Assembly (NCBI GenBank): GCA_035638075.1
Contig: DASRAU010000021.1
Coordinates: forward strand, 73,230 to 137,229
Direction of reading: 5' to 3'
Length of the DNA: 64,000 bases
Origin: Verrucomicrobiia bacterium
GTDB taxonomy: Bacteria; Acidobacteriota; Polarisedimenticolia; Gp22-AA2
Part shown: positions 38,161 to 46,138 of the stretch, piece by piece
How positions within the stretch are numbered: position 1 is the first letter of the stretch
How the letters are laid out: every line of letters begins with the position of its first letter
Position numbers and translations under genes: made by a program
Notes under the pieces: generated by a model
Told to the model about the DNA's origin: nothing
The model's input: the letters and a program-made list of their open reading frames with translations, nothing else
Databases searched by the model: none

Positions 38161-38767
38161 TCTGCAGCTTCTTGCGCAGGCCGCTGACGAGCACCTCGAC
38201 GATGTTGCTGGTGACGTCGCTCGTGCCGTGGTACAGGCGGTCGAGGATCTGCTCCTGGGAGGTGACCCGGCCGCGGCGCAGGACGAGCAGCTCGAGCACG
38301 GCGTACTCGCTCGGCGTCAGGTGCAGCGGCTCGCCGTCGCGGAAGGCGCGCTTCGCCGCCGTGTCCACGGCGACGGGACCGCACAGGATGCGGTTCTCCT
38401 CGCGGGCATGGGCGCGCCGCAGCAGCGCCTGCAGCCGGGCGCACAGCTCGTCGAAGGAGAACGGCTTGACGAGGTAGTCGTCGGCGCCGCTCTCGAGTCC
38501 ACGGACGCGATCCTCCACCCGGTCCCGGGCGGACAGGATCAGCACCTGCGCCGTCGACCCCTGACCCCGGGCCCGGCGCAGGACCTCGAGGCCGGGAAGC
38601 CCCGGGAGCATGAGGTCGAGGACGACGGCATCCGGCTCGCGCTCGCGCAGCAGGGTGAGCCCCTCCTCGCCGTTCGAGGCGGTCTCCACCTCCCACCCGA
38701 GCTGCTCCAGCCCGTGCCGCAGCGAACGGCGCAGCCGTTCGGAATCCTCGATCACCAGGACGCGCAT
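38099..38767 (-). CDS. OmpR-family response regulator (heavy-metal CusR/CzcR-like)
   Basis: Receiver (MRVLVIEDSERL..DAVVLDLMLPG..KPF) plus winged-helix output (LTPSEYAVLELLVLRRGRVTSQEQILDRLY...TRRGHGY). Confidence 0.85.
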   Translation of the reverse strand: MRVLVIEDSERLRRSLRHGLEQLGWEVETASNGEEGLTLLREREPDAVVLDLMLPGLPGLEVLRRARGQGSTAQVLILSARDRVEDRVRGLESGADDYLVKPFSFDELCARLQALLRRAHAREENRILCGPVAVDTAAKRAFRDGEPLHLTPSEYAVLELLVLRRGRVTSQEQILDRLYHGTSDVTSNIVEVLVSGLRKKLQSVPESPGIIQTRRGHGYVVE

Positions 38768-38806
38768 GGACACCCCCGCGGACCACCGAGACTAGCACCG
38801 GCACAT

Positions 38807-38826
38807 GAAGATTCCATGAAATCTTC
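38807..38826. promoter_or_regulatory. Near-perfect 20-bp inverted repeat (gaagattCcatgAaatcttc) in the upstream region of the czcR-like operon; candidate operator
   Basis: Palindrome arms gaagatt/aatcttc sit 40-60 nt upstream of the regulator start codon, in the only AT-rich stretch nearby. Confidence 0.3.
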
Positions 38827-38886
38827 CTGTACGGGCAAGTTTCTTAAGACTAAGTGAAGACCGGTTTCAGGGGAAATCATGTCCCG

Positions 38887-38904
38887 CCGTCCGGTTCCGG
38901 ACGG
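38887..38904 (-). terminator. Possible terminator hairpin (ccgtccgg-tt-ccggacgg) just after the saccharopine-dehydrogenase-like gene
   Basis: 8-bp perfect inverted repeat 6 nt beyond the stop codon. Weak U-tract (GAUUU) on the minus-strand transcript. Confidence 0.25.
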
Positions 38905-38909
38905 TGGGG

Positions 38910-40091
38910 TCAGGCGGCCGGGTAGGGTTCGGCGACGCTGGTGGTGGTGCGGGCGCCGCGCTCCTCGAGCTCGCGGAAGAACCGGGCCGCGTCGACCGCC
39001 CGCTCCGGGGGCAGGACTCCTTTTTCCTTGACCTGGCCCTGCGCCAGCCAGCGGGCGACGATGGCCGGGGGGGATCCGACGAGCAGGGTGCCGCCGGAGA
39101 TGCCCCACTCCTTGTGCGGCCAGCAGGTGGTCTCGACCCGGCCGACGGCCGGCTTGCCGCCGCGCTCGCCGCGCACCTCGGTGACGATGTCCTTGAAGCC
39201 GAGGCTCTTCGTCCGCTCGATCTGCGGCGAGCGCTTCAGGACCTCGACGAGGACGTCGATCGGCCGCACGCTCCCGCCGCGCACCGCCACCGGGTCCTTC
39301 GACGCGAGCCCGAGCTGCGCCAGGAACTGCAGCTGCCGCAGCGCCTTCTCGGAGTAGCCGAAGAAGGAGATCTTGAAGAAGCAGTCCTTGATGCCCTTCG
39401 AAGCGTAGGTCAGCGGGAGGGTCGCCACCTCGGAGTGCAGCGACAGGTGCACCTTCGAGACGCCGATCGGCTCCTGGAAGCGGTACAGCTCCTCCTCGCC
39501 GAGGGCCGGGGTCTCCGCGAAAGCGCCGTCACGGAAGACCATCGGCGGCTGGGTGATCTCGTCGAAGATCGTCTGGATCGAGTAGGCCCAGGCGAGCGAA
39601 TCGCCCTGGTCGGGCGTGGCGCCGTTGTAGATGCGGATCGACTCGACACGGTCGAAGGAGTCCGCCAGGACGCGCGCCTGCACGTTGGCGATGCCGGGGC
39701 ACGAACCGAGGCCGAGGATCGCGACGATGCCGGCGCTCCTGAACTTCGCATCCAGCTCGAGCTGCTTGCGCGTCGTGTGGAAGAGCCCCCCGAGATCGAC
39801 GTACGGCACGCGCGCGTCGAGGCAGGCCTCCATGATCGGCAGGTTGAAGTAGTACTGCACCGAGTTGATGACCGCCCCGGCCCCGGTCAGGAGCTTCACG
39901 AGAGCCACGTGGTCGGTGACGTCGATCTTCACAGCGCTGACGCCGGGCCGGCCGAACGACGCGGCCGCCTTCTGCGCCCCCTCGAGGTCGAGGTCGGCGA
40001 GGACCAGCTCCTTCACATTGCGGTCGGAGGCCAGGTCGCGGCCGATGGCGCGGCCGATGATGCCGGCTCCTCCGAGGACGACGATGCGCAT
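38910..40091 (-). CDS. Saccharopine dehydrogenase-like NAD(P)-binding oxidoreductase
   Basis: Rossmann start MRIVVLGGAGIIGRAIGRDLA and the full-length saccharopine-dehydrogenase domain pattern. Confidence 0.75.
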   Translation of the reverse strand: MRIVVLGGAGIIGRAIGRDLASDRNVKELVLADLDLEGAQKAAASFGRPGVSAVKIDVTDHVALVKLLTGAGAVINSVQYYFNLPIMEACLDARVPYVDLGGLFHTTRKQLELDAKFRSAGIVAILGLGSCPGIANVQARVLADSFDRVESIRIYNGATPDQGDSLAWAYSIQTIFDEITQPPMVFRDGAFAETPALGEEELYRFQEPIGVSKVHLSLHSEVATLPLTYASKGIKDCFFKISFFGYSEKALRQLQFLAQLGLASKDPVAVRGGSVRPIDVLVEVLKRSPQIERTKSLGFKDIVTEVRGERGGKPAVGRVETTCWPHKEWGISGGTLLVGSPPAIVARWLAQGQVKEKGVLPPERAVDAARFFRELEERGARTTTSVAEPYPAA

Positions 40092-40228
40092 GGACGGCGG
40101 ATGCTACCGCGCCGTCGCGCGGCCGGTCAATCACGCCCCGGCGGCCAATCACTCCGGAGCATGAAACAGGTTGCAGGCCGGTTCGATTGGGCGTAAGAGA
40201 CTCGGCGATTCTCGAGGAGGCTGCCGTC

Positions 40229-43200
40229 ATGTCGCTCCCTCGTTCGATGCGCCTGTCTCCGGGTCGCCGGCTCGTTGTTGCGACGGCGGTCCTGTTTCTC
40301 GCCACGACGGCGGCGCCGCGCGCGGATTACGTGAACTTCGAAGCTCCGCACGTCCACCCGATCGCGCTCACGCCCGCGGGGACGCGCCTGCTCGCGGTGA
40401 ACACCCCCGATGCCACCCTCGAAGTCTTCGACGTGGCCGCCGATGGATCCCTGACCCCGCACGCCCCCATTCCGGTCGGGCTCGAGCCGATCACCGTGCA
40501 CGCGCGCACCGAGACCGAGGCGTGGGTCGTCAACTACCTCTCCGACACCGTCAGCATCGTCGACCTCGCCCAGGGTTTCGTCGTGCGCACCATCGCGGTC
40601 GGCGACGAGCCGACCGACGTGGTCTTCGCCGCAGGCAAGGCGTTCGTCTCCGTCTCACAGGAGGATGCCGTCAAGGTCTGGAGCCTCGCGGCCCTCGATC
40701 AGCCTCCGCAACAGATCGACGTGTTCAACTTGAGAACGCAGGCGCTCGCGGTGTCCAACGACGGCACCAGGGTGTATGCGGTGGCGCGGGACTCGGGGAA
40801 CCAGACCACCGTCGTCAACGGCGGGCTGGTCCGAAACTTGATGCCGTGGGGCCTGCCGTCCGGCCGGGTCGGCATCAACTTTCCCCGTTGCAGTGGGGCG
40901 CACCCGACCTACCCGCCGCTGCCGCCCGGAGTCGTGCGCAACCCGGCGCTCACCGATCCATCCGACGGCATTCCCAAGGTCTCCGTCCTCGCGAAGTGGG
41001 ACGACGGAACGGCGAGCTGGCGCGACGACGCGTTCCAGAACTGGAACCCTTGCCTCGCCATTCGTTTGCCGGATCACGACCTGTTCGTCATCAATCCGGG
41101 CGACGCGGTCGCGCCGGCATCCATCGCCGCCCAGGTCGATCACCTCGGCACGACCCTGTTCGACGTCTCGGTCAATCCCGGCAACGGCCGGATCTACGTT
41201 CCGAACACCGAGGCGTTGAACTTCACGCGCTTCGAGCCGCGGCTGCGCGGCCACGTGGTCGACAACCGCGTGTCCATCGTGGATCCCTCGGCCGGCAATG
41301 CGGTGATCATCGTCGATCTGAACGCGCACATCGATCGCGGCAGCGATCCGGCGACCAACCTGATGGAGCGCCTGGCGAGCGTGTCGCAGCCCGGCATGAC
41401 CGTCTGGAGCGCCGACGGCTCCGCCGGCTACATGACCGCCATCGGTTCGCGCAAGGTCTTCCGGGTGAACGGCGCGTGCACGTCCCCCGGGTGCATCTTC
41501 GGACCGAACCGCGCCGCCCCCGACGCCGTGACGGTCGGCGAGGGGCCGACGGGCGCGGCCCTGCTCGAGAGCGCCAATCGCCTGTACGTCCTGAATCGGT
41601 TCGCCAACACGATCGCGGTCGTGGACACTGCGTCATTCGCCAGGATCGGAGAGAGCCCGCTGCACGACCCGAGTTCCCCGACGATCCGCTACGGGCGGCG
41701 CTTCCTCTATGACGGGATCATTTCCTCGGCGCACGGCGATGCCGCCTGCTCCTCATGTCATCTCTTCGGCGACAAGGACGCGATGGCGTGGGACCTGGGG
41801 GACCCGGCCGGCGCGCTCGTCCCGTACCACACGCCCGGGGACAACGTCCGGTTCGTCAAGTTGGACGGGGCCAGCCCGCCGAACATGGTCGAGTGCGACC
41901 CCCAGCCTCCGGGGATGGGCTGCTCGAACCACGCCGGCTTCGATCCCCAGAAGGGGCCGATGGTCACGCAGACGCTGCGGGGCATGGTCGAGCCCATGCA
42001 CTGGCGCGGCGACCGCGCGACGATGAACGCCTTCAATGCCACCTTCGTGAACCTGATGGGGACGGCGGACGTCGGTCCGATCAACGGCCAGCCGGCGGGA
42101 CTGAGTGCGGAGGACATGGAGCTGTTCCGCCGGTTCGCCCTGGGGATGATCCTGCCGCCCAATCCATATCGAGGCGCGGACGATTCCATGCCCAATACCC
42201 TGGTGCCGATCCCGAAACACCCGGGGACCGGGAATCCGACCGCCGGCATGACCAATTTCCTGACCACCGCGCACGAGCTGAGCCTCCGGTGCGTCCAGTG
42301 CCATAGCTCCCCCTCCGGGACGAGCGGCGGAAAGCCCGAGGGGATCAACCCCGGCGATCCGCCCGACGCGGCCGCGGCGTTGATCAACGGCTCGACTCCT
42401 TTGACGAAATCGATTCACAACGACTTGAAGATTCCCCACCTGCGCAACCTTTACACGAAGGCCGGCCCTTTCTTCGGGCTCTCCACTGCACCGAGGGACA
42501 ACAAGTACGGCTTCGGCACTGGACACGACGGCGCGGTCGCCGACGTGCTGTCCTTTCTCACCCTGGCGGGCTTCAACTTTAGCGACCAAGCCCTGAAGGA
42601 CATGGCCGCCTTCATGATGTATTTCCCGGGCGATGTGAAGCCCTCGGTGGGACAGAACCTGACGCTTCCGGCGGGGGCGCCGCCCACCGGGAACGCCGCA
42701 GCAGAGGCACTGCTGGCGACGTTGCTCCAGTCTGGCAATCTCGCCGATTCGAACCGCCACTGCGAGCTGACCGTCGCGGCCCGCTCCGGCGGGCGCGAGC
42801 GCACCTGGCACCTTGACGGCGGCATCGCCTCGGGCGGGCTGTTTGTCTCCGACGTCGCGGGCGAGGTGCCGGTCGCGACCGCCGATCTCCGCGCCAACGC
42901 CGAGGGGCCGCTGACCTTCCTCTGCGCGACGATCGGCTCGGGGGTCCGGCTCGGCGGCGATCGCGACCTCGACACGCACCTGAACGGCGAGGACTGCGCC
43001 CCGGGCGATGCGGGGTCGTTCGCCCCCGTTCCCGAGACCGACGATCTCGCCATGACGGCATCGCCGTTCACGAGCCTTGCCTGGAGCGATCAGGCCGGCG
43101 CGTCGGGAGCGGGGATTGTCTACGACGTGGCCTCGGGGAATCTCGATGATCTGCGGACGGGCGGAACGGTCTTCGCGACCGCGTGTCTCGCCGGCGGCCT

Positions 43201-43345
43201 GCCCGCGGCCGCGTACGACGACATCCGCCCCGATCCAGCACAGGGCACCGCGTACTTCTATCTCGTGCGCGGGCGGAATGCCTGCGGCGCTGCGACGTTC
43301 GGAATGGACGGCGGGGCCGACGCGCTGGCCTGCAGCGGACCCTGA
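40229..43345 (+). CDS. Secreted fusion protein: YVTN-type beta-propeller + di-haem cytochrome c peroxidase-like domain, Cys-rich C-terminus
   Basis: RBS GAGGAGG. Signal peptide MSLPRSMRLSPGRRLVVATAVLFLATTAAPRA. Propeller-like repeats in the first ~480 aa. Two CxxCH haem motifs (CSSCH, CVQCH). MHWRGDRATMNAFNATF resembles the CCP W-D-G-R-A box. Confidence 0.65.
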   Translation: MSLPRSMRLSPGRRLVVATAVLFLATTAAPRADYVNFEAPHVHPIALTPAGTRLLAVNTPDATLEVFDVAADGSLTPHAPIPVGLEPITVHARTETEAWVVNYLSDTVSIVDLAQGFVVRTIAVGDEPTDVVFAAGKAFVSVSQEDAVKVWSLAALDQPPQQIDVFNLRTQALAVSNDGTRVYAVARDSGNQTTVVNGGLVRNLMPWGLPSGRVGINFPRCSGAHPTYPPLPPGVVRNPALTDPSDGIPKVSVLAKWDDGTASWRDDAFQNWNPCLAIRLPDHDLFVINPGDAVAPASIAAQVDHLGTTLFDVSVNPGNGRIYVPNTEALNFTRFEPRLRGHVVDNRVSIVDPSAGNAVIIVDLNAHIDRGSDPATNLMERLASVSQPGMTVWSADGSAGYMTAIGSRKVFRVNGACTSPGCIFGPNRAAPDAVTVGEGPTGAALLESANRLYVLNRFANTIAVVDTASFARIGESPLHDPSSPTIRYGRRFLYDGIISSAHGDAACSSCHLFGDKDAMAWDLGDPAGALVPYHTPGDNVRFVKLDGASPPNMVECDPQPPGMGCSNHAGFDPQKGPMVTQTLRGMVEPMHWRGDRATMNAFNATFVNLMGTADVGPINGQPAGLSAEDMELFRRFALGMILPPNPYRGADDSMPNTLVPIPKHPGTGNPTAGMTNFLTTAHELSLRCVQCHSSPSGTSGGKPEGINPGDPPDAAAALINGSTPLTKSIHNDLKIPHLRNLYTKAGPFFGLSTAPRDNKYGFGTGHDGAVADVLSFLTLAGFNFSDQALKDMAAFMMYFPGDVKPSVGQNLTLPAGAPPTGNAAAEALLATLLQSGNLADSNRHCELTVAARSGGRERTWHLDGGIASGGLFVSDVAGEVPVATADLRANAEGPLTFLCATIGSGVRLGGDRDLDTHLNGEDCAPGDAGSFAPVPETDDLAMTASPFTSLAWSDQAGASGAGIVYDVASGNLDDLRTGGTVFATACLAGGLPAAAYDDIRPDPAQGTAYFYLVRGRNACGAATFGMDGGADALACSGP

Positions 43346-43367
43346 AGCGGAACGGCGCCGCCGCTGC

Positions 43368-46133
43368 TCAGGCTTCGGCGAAGCGCAGGTCGAAGATCGA
43401 GCGGCCGGCCAGCGCGGCCCGCGCGGCGTATCCGGCGAGCCCGGCGATGAGCAGGACGGCGAGGATCCCCGGACGCGAGTACCACGCCGACCAGTCGAGC
43501 GTCAGGCCGAAGGCGTCGAGGAGATTGTTCGCCACGACGCAGGCGCACAGGGCCAGCAGACCGTGACGCAGCGCGACGAGGATCAGGATCCCCGTGATCA
43601 CGGCGGTCGGCACGAGGGCGATCGCCCCGATTCCGTTCCACGCCTGGAGGGCGTAGACCGTCCAGCCCACGAGCCAGATGGCCAGTCCCGCGAACAACAC
43701 GCGCCGCAGGAGGAAGCGGGCCATCACCAGGACGACCAGGACCACGAGCGCCTGTTCGACCCCGCCGATGATCGCCTCGCCGGCCGGCGGCACCCAGTGG
43801 CGCAGGCCCATCAGGGCATCCAGCTCGAAGATCTCCGGCATCGACGCCGGGCGGCCGAGCCAGGCGGGGAGGTTGGCGGAGACGCGTTCGAGAAGGAACT
43901 GCAGGCAGCCGAACGAGACCCCCACGAGCACGTCGCGGCCCACCAGCGGATCGGAGGTGCGTCCCGAGAGCAGGCGCGTCCACGAGACGATCCGGTCGGG
44001 CCAGTGGCGCCGCACGAACGGCTCGATGGCGATGTAGAGCAGCCAGGCCTGTCCGCCGTTGTAGAGACCGGCGGCCACCAGCCGGACGAGCAGCTCCCAC
44101 TCGTCGAGCAGGACGGCGACGTGATGGGCGGCGCACAGGCCGCGCCCCACCGACACGAGCACGATGAACGCCGCCAGCCGGAACGCCCCGCGCCGATCGC
44201 CGCGCCCCGCCAGGAGATTGCGCCGCGCCATGACGCCGCAGCCGACGAGGGCCAGGATGATGAAGGACAGGATGATGCGCTGCCCCATCGCCTCGGCCTC
44301 CCCCATCTGGAACGGCGTCGCGCGCAGCGGACGGGTCCAGGACCAGACGAGATTGAAGGCCACGGGACGGCCGCGGTAGGACGCGGCCTCCACGCGCACC
44401 GGCAGGTCGGGCGAGCCCGGCGTCGTCCCCTCCCAGGCCGCCCGGGTGTCGGCGTACTCGGGGGGCACCCATTTCGGGTCCACCGGCTTGAACTCCGGCA
44501 GGTTCAGCCCCGCCGCGGCGAAGATCGGCCCCCAGTCGGTTTCGGGCGCCGCTCCCGGCTCGGGATCGTTCTGCGGCGGCACGACATCGAGCTTCCACAA
44601 CCGCCCCTCCGCGGTCAGGACGATCTGCACCATGCCGGGCCGCAGCGGCGCCGGATCCGTCTCCGAGATGCGCCCGCGCATGTTCCCCGGCTGCAGCAGG
44701 GAGGGGCTCTGCCTGTAATAGAAGTAGAGCGCCGGGGGAATCGATCGGGACAGGACGCTCCAGCGCTGCGGCGAGCGCTCCCGCGCCGCGATGTCCTCGA
44801 GGTAGGTGCGGTGCCAGCCGAAGCTCGCGTGGCTGTCGACCGCCGGCTCGGTGTAGCCGAGCGTCCCGAGGATTTCGACCGCCCGGTCATGGAGCACCTC
44901 GGGCGGCTTCGGAGGACGCGCCAGGTCGGTGATCGTCTGGGTCACACTCGCGGCGGCGAACAGCGTGACCGCGACCGCCGCGAGGCAGGCGCCGACGAAG
45001 GCCGGTCTCAGCCCGCCGACCTCGCCCGCCGCGGCGACCATCTCGGGCGAGGGCGTCTCGCCTGCGGCCAGCGCCATCGCCATCGGGTCGCCGCCCGGAA
45101 GCGACGCGGCGACGGCGAGCGCGCTCGCCGGGCGCAGGCGCGGGTCCTCCTCCATGCAGCGCTGGATCGCCCGCTCCACCGCCGGGTCGAGCCCCTCGAC
45201 GAGCGACGACGGCGAGGCAGGCCCGGTCTGGCGCGAGCGGTTCAGCTCGTCCATCGTGTCGCCGCGGAAGGCGCGACGCCCGGTGTACAGCTCGTAGAGC
45301 ACGAGACCGAGGGAGAACAGATCGGCCTTCGGGCCGACATCGCTCCCCTGGATCTGCTCCGGCGCCATGTAGGCGGGCGTGCCGGCGCGCGGCGCGTCCT
45401 CGCCGGCGTCGGCAAGGCTCGCGAGCCCGAAATCGGTGATGCGCGCACGGCCGCGGCCGTCGATCATGATGTTGCCCGGCTTCAGGTCGCGGTGGACCAC
45501 GCCGCGGTCGTGCGCCGCCGCCAGGCCGGCGCAGATCTGCCGCCCCACCTCGGTCGCCTTGTCGGACGGCAGCCGACCGATGCGGCGCAGGAGGGCGGAG
45601 AGATCCTCGCCGTCGACGTACTCCATCGACAGGAACGCCTGCCCCTCCCATTCGCCGATGTCGTAGACGCGCACGACGTTGGCGTGCGACACCTGGCGGG
45701 CGAGGCGCACCTCGTTGTGGAACCGCGCCAGCCGTCCCGCGTCGCGGCTCAGCTCGGGCGGAAGGAACTTGAGGGCCACCGTCTGCTCGAGCTTCAGATC
45801 GTCGGCGCGGTACACCTCCCCCATCCCGCCGCGCCCGAGCATCCCGAGGACGCGGTAGCGGCCGAGCAGCAGGGTCCCCGGAACGAAGCGGCCGTGGTCG
45901 AGGGAATCGGACGACGTCAGGGAGCGATGCTTCGTCTTGGGTCGCGGCGTCCCGCCGGGGATCGCGTCCCGCACCGTCTCGGTCCCCGGGGTCCCGGGGT
46001 CCCCTTGGTGCAGCGTGCGGGTGGCTGTGGGGCCCGGCGCCTCGAGCACGCTGCCGCATCCGGGACAGAAGCGCGACGGGGCGGCGACCGCCTCGCCGCA
46101 GGATGAGCAGGTGCGCGAGACGGTGTCGGGCAT
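43368..46133 (-). CDS. Ser/Thr protein kinase with N-terminal zinc ribbon, extracytoplasmic domain and C-terminal polytopic membrane domain
   Basis: CSSCGEAVAAPSRFCPGCG zinc ribbon. Kinase motifs (LGRGGMGEVYRA, ALKFL, HRDLKPGNIMID, DFGLASL, APEQ). One TM, a ~300-aa region, then 6-7 predicted TM helices at the C-terminus. Confidence 0.8.
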   Translation of the reverse strand: MPDTVSRTCSSCGEAVAAPSRFCPGCGSVLEAPGPTATRTLHQGDPGTPGTETVRDAIPGGTPRPKTKHRSLTSSDSLDHGRFVPGTLLLGRYRVLGMLGRGGMGEVYRADDLKLEQTVALKFLPPELSRDAGRLARFHNEVRLARQVSHANVVRVYDIGEWEGQAFLSMEYVDGEDLSALLRRIGRLPSDKATEVGRQICAGLAAAHDRGVVHRDLKPGNIMIDGRGRARITDFGLASLADAGEDAPRAGTPAYMAPEQIQGSDVGPKADLFSLGLVLYELYTGRRAFRGDTMDELNRSRQTGPASPSSLVEGLDPAVERAIQRCMEEDPRLRPASALAVAASLPGGDPMAMALAAGETPSPEMVAAAGEVGGLRPAFVGACLAAVAVTLFAAASVTQTITDLARPPKPPEVLHDRAVEILGTLGYTEPAVDSHASFGWHRTYLEDIAARERSPQRWSVLSRSIPPALYFYYRQSPSLLQPGNMRGRISETDPAPLRPGMVQIVLTAEGRLWKLDVVPPQNDPEPGAAPETDWGPIFAAAGLNLPEFKPVDPKWVPPEYADTRAAWEGTTPGSPDLPVRVEAASYRGRPVAFNLVWSWTRPLRATPFQMGEAEAMGQRIILSFIILALVGCGVMARRNLLAGRGDRRGAFRLAAFIVLVSVGRGLCAAHHVAVLLDEWELLVRLVAAGLYNGGQAWLLYIAIEPFVRRHWPDRIVSWTRLLSGRTSDPLVGRDVLVGVSFGCLQFLLERVSANLPAWLGRPASMPEIFELDALMGLRHWVPPAGEAIIGGVEQALVVLVVLVMARFLLRRVLFAGLAIWLVGWTVYALQAWNGIGAIALVPTAVITGILILVALRHGLLALCACVVANNLLDAFGLTLDWSAWYSRPGILAVLLIAGLAGYAARAALAGRSIFDLRFAEA

Positions 46134-46138
46134 CGCTC

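Noticed and set aside
40160-40190. tRNA-like T-loop sequence GGTTCGATT
   Set aside because: The flanking bases (gccgg ... gggcg) do not form a T-stem. There is no acceptor stem or anticodon arm, and no CCA context. The match is coincidental.
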